A program made the translations under genes and the position numbers. From an uncultured Opitutales bacterium (GTDB lineage: Bacteria; Verrucomicrobiota; Verrucomicrobiia; Opitutales; Intestinicryptomonadaceae), in assembly GCA_934613415.1 (NCBI GenBank), contig CAKTSY010000005.1, positions 30,001 to 62,000 of the forward strand: a stretch of 32,000 bases of DNA, given 5' to 3'. Of the stretch, positions 19,534 through 28,337 are shown in pieces (positions within the stretch are counted from its first letter, which is position 1; every line of letters starts with the position of its first letter). The notes below the pieces were generated by a model. It searched no databases. It was not told where the DNA came from and was given only the letters and a program-made list of their open reading frames with translations.

Positions 19534-21075
19534 CTACATTTTCAACAGTTCTTCGGCAGAAGGTATGTCGCGTATAATCTGGGCGGGCATTGGGCCTACG
19601 CCTATGTATCTTAAATTGGGAACTCGCGTTTGGGCTTTTCCCCTGTTTGCCAACCTTACAATGGTCTTAAAGCAAAATACGACATAGTCTTTAGCTTCTT
19701 TAGGCAAATCGGCAAAACTGCGCACGTTTGAAATGTCTTTTGTAAAGGGCTTTAATTTTGCGTATACGGGAACAAGCTTTTTCCTTAGCGAGTCGTTGCG
19801 GGGAACATACTCGTATTCCTTGCCCGTTTCGGGGTCTTTATAGGCAACGCAAACGTTCAAATCTTCCCAACCTTCTTCGCATTTAAGAGCGTCTAGCTTA
19901 TTTATAATAAGGTCATCGTAGCCGCCGTAGCGCAGGGTGTCGGCCTTTTCAACACAGTCGAACCAGCCAACCATGCGCTGACGCCCCGTGCTTGTACCAA
20001 ATTCCAACTTTTTAAGCTTTTGTGTAAGGGGCTTTTCGTCGTCCATTTTTGTAAGGAACAAGTGCGTGCCCACTTTTGTATCGTATGCCTTGCAGCAACC
20101 CAAAGTATGAACGGGCATTACGGGCAAAGCCGCGCTTTGGAAAAATTCGGGAACCGTTGTGTGCGATGCCGTAACATTGGGCGCAAAGCCGTGGCGTTTG
20201 TCCAGCCAATAGGCCTGACCAAATTCGCCTATAATATAGCGTCCCTCTTCCAAAACCTTTTGGCAAAGCTCGCGAACGTCGGCAATGTTTTTTGCCAACT
20301 TTTGACCGGCGTTCCAATAAATTTTTACGGTTTTTTCTATATCCAACTCGAATGGATTTTTGCCCTTGAATACCGAAAAGTCGAATTCGGACTTGTCGAA
20401 CACGCCCTGCTCTATTGCGGTGGCATTCGCCCTAAGTTCTGCGTTTGTAAGTATGTCGAAAAACCCGTCCCAATCGCTTTCGGAAACCTTGCAAACATAC
20501 TTTATAGTGTCGCAAGCCCTAAGTAGCTGGCCTGCCAGCTTCTTTTCAAAATCGGCATAGTCGCCGAGAAAATCGCTGTACCAAATTTGGAATTGGCCGA
20601 CTTCGTCCATATACGAGGGGGTTATACCCCTGCCCGTAGAACCGCGGGGGGCTTCCTTTAAAACGTTAACTCTGTATTTTTCCCAAGCCAAATCCAAAAG
20701 TCTGTGCCCAACATCGCTTAAAAGCGTGCGCTCGTCTATAACAAGCCTAGAAAAGATGTTGTAGCCTTGTCTTTCGAGCGGTTCGCCCTCCCAGATGAAC
20801 TTGCGAGGGTCGGCAACAACACCGCAGCCAATCGCCAAAAACTCTACCGACTTTTCTATAACGCCCGCGGGCAAAAGATTAAGCTTTACGTTGCCGGCAG
20901 TATGCCCCGAATTTGCACCGCCGTTTACCTTTATAACTATTCCGGCAATGTTGTCCTTTTTGGTTTGAGACTTTAATTCGTCTATTACTTCGTATACGAG
21001 ACGGCCTTTGCCTTCGTCGCCCATGCTGATGCCCGTGTCGGCAATCAACTGACTTTTAAATTTTGTTAACGCCAT
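19534..21075 (-). CDS. adenylosuccinate synthetase family protein, unusually long and divergent
   Basis: 513 aa, against about 430 aa for typical PurA. PurA motifs present are the P-loop GDEGKG, GGANSGHT (compare GGHNAGHT), GSTGRGITPSY (compare TTGRGIGPAY), KAYDTKVG, FGTSTGRQRMVGW (compare FGATTGRRRRTGW) and the guanine-specificity NKLD. The EGAQG motif is replaced by EFGQAY, and there are insertions in the middle and at the C-terminus. I am not confident enough to assign the symbol purA. Confidence 0.8.
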   Translation of the reverse strand: MALTKFKSQLIADTGISMGDEGKGRLVYEVIDELKSQTKKDNIAGIVIKVNGGANSGHTAGNVKLNLLPAGVIEKSVEFLAIGCGVVADPRKFIWEGEPLERQGYNIFSRLVIDERTLLSDVGHRLLDLAWEKYRVNVLKEAPRGSTGRGITPSYMDEVGQFQIWYSDFLGDYADFEKKLAGQLLRACDTIKYVCKVSESDWDGFFDILTNAELRANATAIEQGVFDKSEFDFSVFKGKNPFELDIEKTVKIYWNAGQKLAKNIADVRELCQKVLEEGRYIIGEFGQAYWLDKRHGFAPNVTASHTTVPEFFQSAALPVMPVHTLGCCKAYDTKVGTHLFLTKMDDEKPLTQKLKKLEFGTSTGRQRMVGWFDCVEKADTLRYGGYDDLIINKLDALKCEEGWEDLNVCVAYKDPETGKEYEYVPRNDSLRKKLVPVYAKLKPFTKDISNVRSFADLPKEAKDYVVFCFKTIVRLANRGKAQTRVPNLRYIGVGPMPAQIIRDIPSAEELLKM

Positions 21076-21173
21076 ATTTTTAAGCTATATTATGATTTCG
21101 TTAAAAATAAACTTTCAGTTAATCCTATAAAAATCGTCTTGTAAAGCTTTCTTTATTATGTATTTTTTGCGGT

Positions 21174-22472
21174 ATGAACTTAAGACAATTCTTATATATG
21201 ATTTCGGTGGCGTTAATTGCACTGCCCTGCAGCAATGCTTTTGCGCAAAGTGCACATTCTAAAACACCTATGATAAAAAGCTGCAAGGGGCTTGTTGTTA
21301 CCGGCTATCAAGGCTGGTTTAGAACCCCAAACGACAACAGCCGCCGCGGCTGGGTGCACTGGAACGGCAAACTAAGAGAATTTTCGCCAAGAAGCTGCAC
21401 CATAGACTTTTGGCCGTATACAAAAGAGTACGAAAAGCTGTACGACACGGGCTTTACAAACCCCGACGGCACTGTAGCACAAGTATTTAGCTCGTACGAC
21501 TATTCTACCGTAGACACCCACTTTAAGTGGATGAAGCAATACGGCATAGACGCCGCCTTTATGCAGAGATTTTACGGAGCTACCGTCAACAACCCCAACG
21601 ACGGGCGAACCGTTATAGCCAACGCCTACAAAGCCGCACAAAAATACGGGGTTGGCATAATGGTTATGTACGATATTTCGGGTATGCCCAAGGGCGAAGT
21701 TGCCCAAAAGCTTATAGACGACTGGAAATATTTTGTAGACACCGTAAAAATAACCGGCGGCGACAACAACGTGTATGTAAGGCACAACAACAAGCCACTT
21801 GTATGTGTTTGGGGCATAGGTTTTAACGACAGGCATTTTTCGCCCGAAGAAAGCGACATAAACAAGTTTTTCGACTTCTTAAAGAACGACGAAAGATACG
21901 GCAACTGCTCTATAATGATAGGGGTGCCCACTGCCTGGCGTACCTTAGATGCCGACTGCATTAAAAACCCGAAGTTGCACGAATTTTTAAAGAAGTATGC
22001 CGACATTATCTCGCCATGGAATATTGGCAGATACCATATGAAAAACGGCGTGCACCGCTGGTCTAAGGGCGAGATGACAAAAACGGTAGAAAAGGACATT
22101 GCTTGGTGCGAAGAAAACAACAAAAGCTACCTGCCCACAATATACCCCGGCTTTTCGTGGTATAACTTGCAAAAGGTTGAAGGACTAACAAACAACGCCC
22201 GCCTAAACCAAATCCCGCGCGAAAAGGGCAAATTCTTCTGGAATATGGCAGCCCAGGCGGTAGAAGGCGGAGCCGAAATGCTCTACTACTCTATGTTCGA
22301 CGAAGTAGACGAAGGTACTGCAATCTTCAAAATATCAAATACCCCGCCGTCTACCGACGACTGCCCCTTTGCCGATTTAGAGGGTATGCCCGAAGACCAC
22401 TACCTGTTCCTTGCGGGCAAAGCAAAGGAAATGCTTAAAAACGGCTCGGCTATGCCAATGCCAAAAAGATAG
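21174..22472 (+). CDS. exported putative glycoside hydrolase (TIM-barrel, GH99/GH71-like features)
   Basis: 432 aa. Signal peptide ISVALIALPCSNAFA. Motifs VVTGYQGWF, VCVWGIGFND and YYSMFDEVDEGTAIFK resemble the FNEW.EGT-type strand motif of the GH99/GH71-like clan. The family call is tentative. Confidence 0.5.
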   Translation: MNLRQFLYMISVALIALPCSNAFAQSAHSKTPMIKSCKGLVVTGYQGWFRTPNDNSRRGWVHWNGKLREFSPRSCTIDFWPYTKEYEKLYDTGFTNPDGTVAQVFSSYDYSTVDTHFKWMKQYGIDAAFMQRFYGATVNNPNDGRTVIANAYKAAQKYGVGIMVMYDISGMPKGEVAQKLIDDWKYFVDTVKITGGDNNVYVRHNNKPLVCVWGIGFNDRHFSPEESDINKFFDFLKNDERYGNCSIMIGVPTAWRTLDADCIKNPKLHEFLKKYADIISPWNIGRYHMKNGVHRWSKGEMTKTVEKDIAWCEENNKSYLPTIYPGFSWYNLQKVEGLTNNARLNQIPREKGKFFWNMAAQAVEGGAEMLYYSMFDEVDEGTAIFKISNTPPSTDDCPFADLEGMPEDHYLFLAGKAKEMLKNGSAMPMPKR

Positions 22473-22493
22473 AATTTGCAAAATATAAGAAAC

Positions 22494-22534
22494 AAAAACG
22501 GCGCAAAGAAAAATCCCCTTTGTGCCGTTTTTTT
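22494..22534. terminator. bidirectional rho-independent terminator between convergent genes
   Basis: ACGGCGCAAAG (22498-22508) pairs with CTTTGTGCCGT (22518-22528), giving an 11-bp stem with one G-U pair. It is flanked by AAAAA upstream and TTTTTTT (22528-22534) downstream. Confidence 0.8.
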
Positions 22535-22560
22535 GTAGATGGAAAATTCTGACAAAACGC

Positions 22561-23544
22561 CTAGCGGGTAATTACAACCTTGCCACCCCTTTGCGACATT
22601 GCCGCAACTTTCAAGGCCTCTTTAATGTCTTTTAGCTGAAACCTTGCCGTAACCGGAGCTTTTAATTTGCCGTCCTTTATGTAGCCAAAAATTTCGTCGA
22701 GCACCTTTTGTATTTCGTCTTTTGTGTGGGTACGCTGCCACTTGTCCCACCAAAAGCCCCTAAGGCGCAAATCGTTAAAAATCAAAAATCTGGTTGGGAA
22801 CCTTACGGGTTCGCCAGTCATTCCGCCAACGGTTACAACCGTGCCCGAATCCGCCATAACTTTTATCATATTCGAAACGCTGTTGCCGCCTATTTGGTTT
22901 AAGCCCAGTTTGGGCAATGGGTATGTTGCCCTAATTTTCTTGTAGTCGAATTCGGCTTCGTCTACAACAACAGTTGCCCCAATGTCTTTTAAAGCCTTTT
23001 CCCTTTCCTTTGCGTTGCGCAGCATATTTATGGTGTTTATTTTTCTTTCGGCGCAAAGCTGAATCATAAAATAACCGAGCGCGCTAGAAGCCCCGTTTTG
23101 GATAATCCAGTCGCCCTCTTTTAATTCGCAAAAATCGCTCAATACGCGCAAAGCCGTAGGCGGGTTTATAAACGCCATGCAAGCGGCGTCGTAGTCTATG
23201 CCTTCGGGCACGCTATATAGCGAATCGGCGTCGGCTACGCAGTATTCGCGCCATGCTCCCTGTTCGGGCGGCATTCTTACAATGTCGCCAACCTTTAGGC
23301 CGCATACATTTTTGCCAACTTGCTCGATTTGCCCAATGCCCTCGCGCCCCGCAACGGCAGGCAACTTTTTTAGCGTGCCGTACGAACCGCCAATCATACC
23401 CATATCCGACGGGTTTATAACCGCCCTTAAAAATTTTATAAGAACTTGGTTTTCTCCCAATTCCTCCAAATTTATTTCGCTATAGTTTACTTCTTGCGAC
23501 GGCGTTCCGTAGGCATTGTATACGGCGGCGAATGTAGTTTTCAT
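22561..23544 (-). CDS. MDR-superfamily NAD(P)H-dependent enoyl/quinone reductase (MECR/Etr1-like)
   Basis: 327 aa. INPSDMGMIGGSYG resembles the 2-enoyl thioester reductase motif INP.D...i.G.Y. The nucleotide-binding region is WIIQNGASSALGYFMIQL. There is no structural-zinc Cys cluster. Confidence 0.7.
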   Translation of the reverse strand: MKTTFAAVYNAYGTPSQEVNYSEINLEELGENQVLIKFLRAVINPSDMGMIGGSYGTLKKLPAVAGREGIGQIEQVGKNVCGLKVGDIVRMPPEQGAWREYCVADADSLYSVPEGIDYDAACMAFINPPTALRVLSDFCELKEGDWIIQNGASSALGYFMIQLCAERKINTINMLRNAKEREKALKDIGATVVVDEAEFDYKKIRATYPLPKLGLNQIGGNSVSNMIKVMADSGTVVTVGGMTGEPVRFPTRFLIFNDLRLRGFWWDKWQRTHTKDEIQKVLDEIFGYIKDGKLKAPVTARFQLKDIKEALKVAAMSQRGGKVVITR

Positions 23545-23590
23545 AATTTGCTATTGTGTATTTTGTTTAAATGATATTCTTTTGTTGGGT

Positions 23591-25600
23591 ATGAGTAAAA
23601 ACAATCACCCTTTTTTAAGCAAGAAACTTCCACCCGATTGGACAGCAATGCAGGGAAAATTTCTTAAGACAGATATTTTAATCGCCATAAAAGAGGCAAA
23701 AGACAACTTTAAAAAAATAAAATCGCAAAAAAAGTTAACCTACAGCAACTGCATTAAGGCCTACGAAAACGCCGAAATAAACTTGGCAAGGGTCTGGAAC
23801 TACGCAAACCATTTAGACTCGGTTAACGACAACCCGCAGTTGCGCAAAGCTATGAATTCGGTTTTGCCTACGGTTACAAAATTTTTAAGCTCGTCTACAT
23901 TAGACGCCAAGCTTTGGAAGCAGATAAAAAAATATTCGCAAAGCTGTGAGGCAAAAAAGCTTAAAGGCAACAAGGCTGCGGCCTTAAGGGAAATAGTAAA
24001 CGAATTTGTAGATAGCGGCGCCGAACTTTGCAAAGACGACAAAGCCAAGCTAAAAGAGTTAGACGAACAACTCGCCAAACAGGCAAAAAAATATTCCGAA
24101 AACGTATTGGATTCTACCAACGAATTTTCGCTTTATTTTGAAGACGCTGCCCCCCTAAGGGGACTGCCCGAAAGCGCGCTTGCCCTAGCCCACGAAAATG
24201 CCAAAGACAAAGGCAAAACTGGCTATATGCTAAAGCTGCAAGCGCCGCTTGTAATAGCAACCCTTAGATACGCCGAAAGCGAAGACCTGCGCAAAACAAT
24301 TTGGCAGGCCTACACAAACATTGCAGTTTCGGGCAAATTCTCAAACGAAAAGCTTGTAGGGCAAATGCTAAAAACAAGAATGCAAATTGCAGCCCTATTC
24401 GGCGAAAAAAACTGGGCAAACTACGTTCTAAAAAGGCGAATGGCAAAAGACGGCGCTACAGCCCGCGCCTTTATAGAATCTTTGCACGACAAGATAGAAA
24501 AATACTTTTTAAAAGAGGTAAAAGAGCTGAAAAACTTTGCCGCAACTTTTGGCGAAAAAACGCTAAAACCGTGGAACAGCTCGTACTATTCCGAAAAGCT
24601 TAGGGCAAAAAAATACGACTTCGACGAAGAAGCCTTACGCAAATATTTTAGGTTTGAAGACTGCCTAAAGGGAATGTTCAAGCTAAGCGAAAAACTTTAC
24701 GGCCTTAAAATAAAAAAGGCTAAGGCCGAAAATGTATGGGCAAAAGATGTCGGCTTTTACGAAATTTTCGACAAAAACAACGTGCATATATGCTCGTTTT
24801 ACACCGACTTTTTCCCACGCTCTACAAAGCGCGGCGGAGCTTGGATGAATATATTAAGCCAGTATTCAAAAAACAAGCCTGCCATTTGTTTTATAGGCGG
24901 CAACATAAACGCCCCCAGCAAGGGCAAGCCCTCGCTTTTAAACCACGACGAACTTTGCACGCTGTTTCACGAATTTGGGCATCTGCTGCATTTTTCGATG
25001 ATGACAATGCCAGAACTTTCGCTGCGCGACGTTGCCTGGGATTTTGTAGAGCTTCCCTCGCAGATTATGGAAAACTGGTGCTGGAACAAAGAGTGTTTAG
25101 ACTCGTTTGCCAAAGACTATAAAACGGGAGAGAAAATCCCGCAAAAGCTCTTCGACAAAATGGTAAAGGCAAGAAAGTTTCAGGGGGCAATGGCGTTTAT
25201 GCGCCAGCTTCTGTTCGCCGAAAGCGATTTAAATTTGCATATCGACACAAAAAAATACCTCGGCAAAAATCTGTTCGAGCTTGCCGAAAAATCGGTTGAA
25301 AACTATAAAATCGGCTTCGCCGAAAGTGCCCCGTCGCACCTGTATAAATTCACCCACATTTTCGGCGACGACGTTGGCTACTCGGCGGGCTACTATTCCT
25401 ACAAATGGGCGGAATTGCTCGACGCCGACGCCTTTTCGCGCTTCGAAAAGGAGGGAATTTTCAACAAAAAAACGGGCGGCGAATTTGCCGAAAAAATATT
25501 GAAGGTCGGTTGCAGCGTTGCCCCCGATATTGCCTTTAAAAACTTTATGGGGCGCAACCCCAACCCCGAAGCCCTTATAAACAAATGCGTGGAAAAATAA
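23591..25600 (+). CDS. M3-family zinc metallopeptidase (oligopeptidase A / dipeptidyl carboxypeptidase Dcp-like)
   Basis: The track ORF begins at 23516, but that extension overlaps the divergent reductase gene and encodes an implausible Cys/Phe-rich leader. I use the ATG at 23591 (MSKNNHPFL), giving 669 aa. The HEXXH zinc site is TLFHEFGHLLH, with a downstream E in FVELPSQIMENW, typical of thimet/OpdA-type M3 peptidases. Confidence 0.9.
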   Translation: MSKNNHPFLSKKLPPDWTAMQGKFLKTDILIAIKEAKDNFKKIKSQKKLTYSNCIKAYENAEINLARVWNYANHLDSVNDNPQLRKAMNSVLPTVTKFLSSSTLDAKLWKQIKKYSQSCEAKKLKGNKAAALREIVNEFVDSGAELCKDDKAKLKELDEQLAKQAKKYSENVLDSTNEFSLYFEDAAPLRGLPESALALAHENAKDKGKTGYMLKLQAPLVIATLRYAESEDLRKTIWQAYTNIAVSGKFSNEKLVGQMLKTRMQIAALFGEKNWANYVLKRRMAKDGATARAFIESLHDKIEKYFLKEVKELKNFAATFGEKTLKPWNSSYYSEKLRAKKYDFDEEALRKYFRFEDCLKGMFKLSEKLYGLKIKKAKAENVWAKDVGFYEIFDKNNVHICSFYTDFFPRSTKRGGAWMNILSQYSKNKPAICFIGGNINAPSKGKPSLLNHDELCTLFHEFGHLLHFSMMTMPELSLRDVAWDFVELPSQIMENWCWNKECLDSFAKDYKTGEKIPQKLFDKMVKARKFQGAMAFMRQLLFAESDLNLHIDTKKYLGKNLFELAEKSVENYKIGFAESAPSHLYKFTHIFGDDVGYSAGYYSYKWAELLDADAFSRFEKEGIFNKKTGGEFAEKILKVGCSVAPDIAFKNFMGRNPNPEALINKCVEK

Positions 25601-26841
25601 ACAAAGTTGAACTTATGTCGCCCGCGGGCGATATGGTGTGTCTTAACGCCGCAATTAAAGGCGGGGCAAACGCCGTATATTTGGGGCTTAAAGGCTCGAA
25701 TATGCGCGCGGGCGCAAAAAACTTTTCGCTTGGCGAGCTAAAACAGGCGTGCAAAATTTGCGCAAAAAACAACGTTAAAACATATTTAACAATAAACACA
25801 ATCTACTACGAAAACGAGCTTGGCGCGCTTAAAAAAACCATAGAAAACGCGGCAAAAGCGGGGGTTAACGCCTTTATTGCCTGGGACAACGCAGCCTTGG
25901 GCATCTTAAAGGATATGGGGCTAAACGCCTTTCTTTCTACACAGGCAAGCGTTTCGAACTCGCAGGCTATTTTGCAATACTACAAAAACTTCGGCATAAA
26001 AAGGTTTGTGCTTGCAAGGGAATGTACGCTAGAGCACATAAAGGCAATAAGGCGCAATTTAAAAAAGGCGCTGGGAGCGACTGCAGACGAAATCTCGATA
26101 GAGGTTTTTGCGCACGGAGCAATGTGCGTTTCGGTTAGCGGCAGGTGCTTTTTGTCGGAATTTATGTGCGGCAAAAGCGCAAACAGAGGCGAATGTTTGC
26201 AGCCTTGCCGCAGGCTCTACAAAATTAGCGATACATCGCCCAGCGGCATAGAATACGAGCTTGGCAACAACTATGTGCTAAGCCCAAAAGACCTATGCAC
26301 CCTGCCTTTTTTGGATTTGCTGCTAGACGCAAAGGTTAATTCACTTAAAATAGAGGGGCGCAACCGCAATGCCGAATTTGTATACGAAACAACGCGCGCC
26401 TATCGCACTGTTATAGACGCCTACTACGCGAAAATGCCAAAGGCCGAATTTGAAGCCCTTAAAAAAGAGCAAACCGCCAATCTGCAAAACGTGTTTAACC
26501 GCGGCTTTTCGGAAGGCTTTTTTATGGGCGTTCCCCTAAAAGACTGGCACAGCAACTGCTCGGGCAACAAATCAAAACAAAAAAAGCAGGCTTTGGGTAG
26601 AATTACAAATTTCTTCGGCAAAATTTCGGTTGCCGAAATACAATTAAATTCGGGCAACCTAAAGCGCGGCCAGCTTTTGCAGGTAGAGGGCGAAAAAACG
26701 GGCTTTGTGCGCTTTGCGGCAAACTCTATGCAGATAGACTTAAAAGACGTAGACTTTGCCCAAAAAGGGCAAAAAGTTGCGGTAAAGTGCCCCCACAAAC
26801 TGCGCCGTGGCGACAATGTATACACCTTTACTACCGCTTAA
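25585..26841 (+). CDS. U32-family protein (annotated as a peptidase; Fe-S cysteine motif present)
   Basis: 418 aa. The N-terminal VELMSPAGD...GANAVYLG and EVFAHGAMCVSVSGRCFLSEFMCGKSANRGECLQPCR are the hallmark U32 motifs. The start overlaps the M3 peptidase gene by 16 nt; the alternative ATG at 25615 would remove conserved residues. Confidence 0.85.
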   Translation: MRGKINKVELMSPAGDMVCLNAAIKGGANAVYLGLKGSNMRAGAKNFSLGELKQACKICAKNNVKTYLTINTIYYENELGALKKTIENAAKAGVNAFIAWDNAALGILKDMGLNAFLSTQASVSNSQAILQYYKNFGIKRFVLARECTLEHIKAIRRNLKKALGATADEISIEVFAHGAMCVSVSGRCFLSEFMCGKSANRGECLQPCRRLYKISDTSPSGIEYELGNNYVLSPKDLCTLPFLDLLLDAKVNSLKIEGRNRNAEFVYETTRAYRTVIDAYYAKMPKAEFEALKKEQTANLQNVFNRGFSEGFFMGVPLKDWHSNCSGNKSKQKKQALGRITNFFGKISVAEIQLNSGNLKRGQLLQVEGEKTGFVRFAANSMQIDLKDVDFAQKGQKVAVKCPHKLRRGDNVYTFTTA

Positions 26842-26885
26842 TTTTTGTTTGACCGCTTTTTTTTATAATACATTCTTTATTGGAA

Positions 26886-27467
26886 ATGACTGATATTTTT
26901 AAGAGAATTTTTAAAGCCGCGCTTTTTGTAGCGGCAACGCTTTCGCTTTTTGCATGTTTGCCCGAAAGAGAAAGAATGATTTCTATTGAAGACGAAGAAG
27001 TGCCCGAAGAAACCGAGCTTTCGGAAACAGACGGAATTTTGGGTGTAAATTACAAGGGCAACGCGCAAATTTCGTATTGCCGCTTTGAATACCTAAACAA
27101 ACACAAGGCAACCTATTTGCCCGAAAAACTTTTGGGCGAAAAGGCGGGATACTTCTACCCCACTTATCTAACCGACCCCGACAAAAAAGCGGGCATGTAC
27201 TGCTTCTTTTGGCTTGAAGGCCCAATCTATTTGGGAATGGGCACAACATTCGAGCTTAGCGTTGCGGCAAACAAATCGCCAAAGGTAAAGACCTATAAAT
27301 TTATTGTTCCCGAAACGCGCCGAATTGTAAGAGAAATTAAGCTTGGCATAACCGGCACCGACTGGCCCGACAAAGACGAAAAGGTTAACGCCTGGAAACT
27401 TGTTGTTAAAGACGCCGCTGGCAAAGTTATAACCGAAAAGCACTCTTGGCTTTGGTCTATTAAGTAG
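26886..27467 (+). CDS. hypothetical lipoprotein
   Basis: Track ORF 26880..27467 starts at a TTG. I use the ATG at 26886. Lipobox LSLFAC follows MTDIFKRIFKAALFVAAT, then an acidic linker (EDEEVPEETELSETD). No family recognised. It ends 9 nt before ogg. Confidence 0.6.
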   Translation: MTDIFKRIFKAALFVAATLSLFACLPERERMISIEDEEVPEETELSETDGILGVNYKGNAQISYCRFEYLNKHKATYLPEKLLGEKAGYFYPTYLTDPDKKAGMYCFFWLEGPIYLGMGTTFELSVAANKSPKVKTYKFIVPETRRIVREIKLGITGTDWPDKDEKVNAWKLVVKDAAGKVITEKHSWLWSIK

Positions 27468-27476
27468 GGTTTTACT

Positions 27477-28331
27477 ATGGCAAACGTCGAATGGGCAAAC
27501 CCCGAAATGCTCGGCGTTAATTTTGCGCCAAAAGACTTTGCCGAAACGCTCGACGGCGGGCAGTCTTTTTGCTGGTATAAAAATGCCGACAATTCCTATT
27601 GCGGCGTTTTTGGCAACGATGTTGCAAAGCTTTTTTTAGACGAAAAAAATTGCGTTAATTTTTGCGCCCCCAAAAACGCAAATGCAAAAAAGCTAAAGGA
27701 GCGTCTGCTAAATTATCTGGACACCAACCGCGACTACGAAAAAATAAGACAACAGCTTTTTGCAGTAGGCGACAAATGCCTAAACGAACGCCTTGCCCAA
27801 CAGCCCACCTTGCGCATATTAAGGCAGGATATAAACGAAACTATAATCTCGTTTATATGCAGCTCTAGCAAACGAATTGTGCAGATTAAGCAGTGCGTTA
27901 GCCTTTTAAGAAAAACTTTTGGAGAAGAAATTTGCGGAGGTTTTTACACCTTGCCAACTTTTGAATTGTTGGCAAATGCCGATATGCAAAGCTTAAAAGA
28001 CTGCAAACTTGGCTTTAGGGCGGCATATCTAAAAAAGACGGCGCAAAAGATTGTAGACGACAACTTCGACACAGGCCAATTGCTTAAAATGCCATATAAA
28101 GACGCAAAAGCCTACCTTGTTTCGCTAAGCGGAATAGGCGAAAAGGTGGCAGACTGCATTCTGCTTTTCGGCGCGCACCGTTTCGAAGCCTTCCCCGTAG
28201 ATACCTGGATAATAAAATCCATGAAATCGCTGTACGGAATGGAAAAACCCGCCGACATACGCAGGTTTGCCGCCGAACATTTCGGCGAAAACGCTGGCTT
28301 TGCGCAACAAATTTTGTTTGCCGCCGCATAA
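27477..28331 (+). CDS. ogg: 8-oxoguanine DNA glycosylase / AP lyase (OGG1-type, HhH-GPD)
   Basis: 284 aa. The N-terminal motif is LDGGQSFCWYK. The HhH-GPD region LSGIGEKVADCILLFG carries the catalytic Lys, and FPVDTWI carries the catalytic Asp (compare human OGG1 GVGTKVADC / VPVDVHM). Confidence 0.85.
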   Translation: MANVEWANPEMLGVNFAPKDFAETLDGGQSFCWYKNADNSYCGVFGNDVAKLFLDEKNCVNFCAPKNANAKKLKERLLNYLDTNRDYEKIRQQLFAVGDKCLNERLAQQPTLRILRQDINETIISFICSSSKRIVQIKQCVSLLRKTFGEEICGGFYTLPTFELLANADMQSLKDCKLGFRAAYLKKTAQKIVDDNFDTGQLLKMPYKDAKAYLVSLSGIGEKVADCILLFGAHRFEAFPVDTWIIKSMKSLYGMEKPADIRRFAAEHFGENAGFAQQILFAAA

Positions 28332-28337
28332 TATAGT

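Noticed and set aside
23516-23590. A 25-codon N-terminal extension of the M3 peptidase ORF overlaps the start of the divergent reductase gene.
   Set aside because: The extension (MYTAANVVFIICYCVFCLNDILLLG) is not peptidase-like and would overlap the opposite gene by 29 nt. The ATG at 23591 gives a normal N-terminus and a 46-nt divergent intergenic region.
21076-28337. The 10-mer CATAATATAG occurs immediately upstream of both the PurA-like start (minus strand, about 21085-21094) and the uvrB start (28327-28336).
   Set aside because: A single shared 10-mer is expected many times by chance in 64 kb of two-strand sequence. In the uvrB case it includes the ogg stop codon. That is insufficient evidence for a common regulatory motif.
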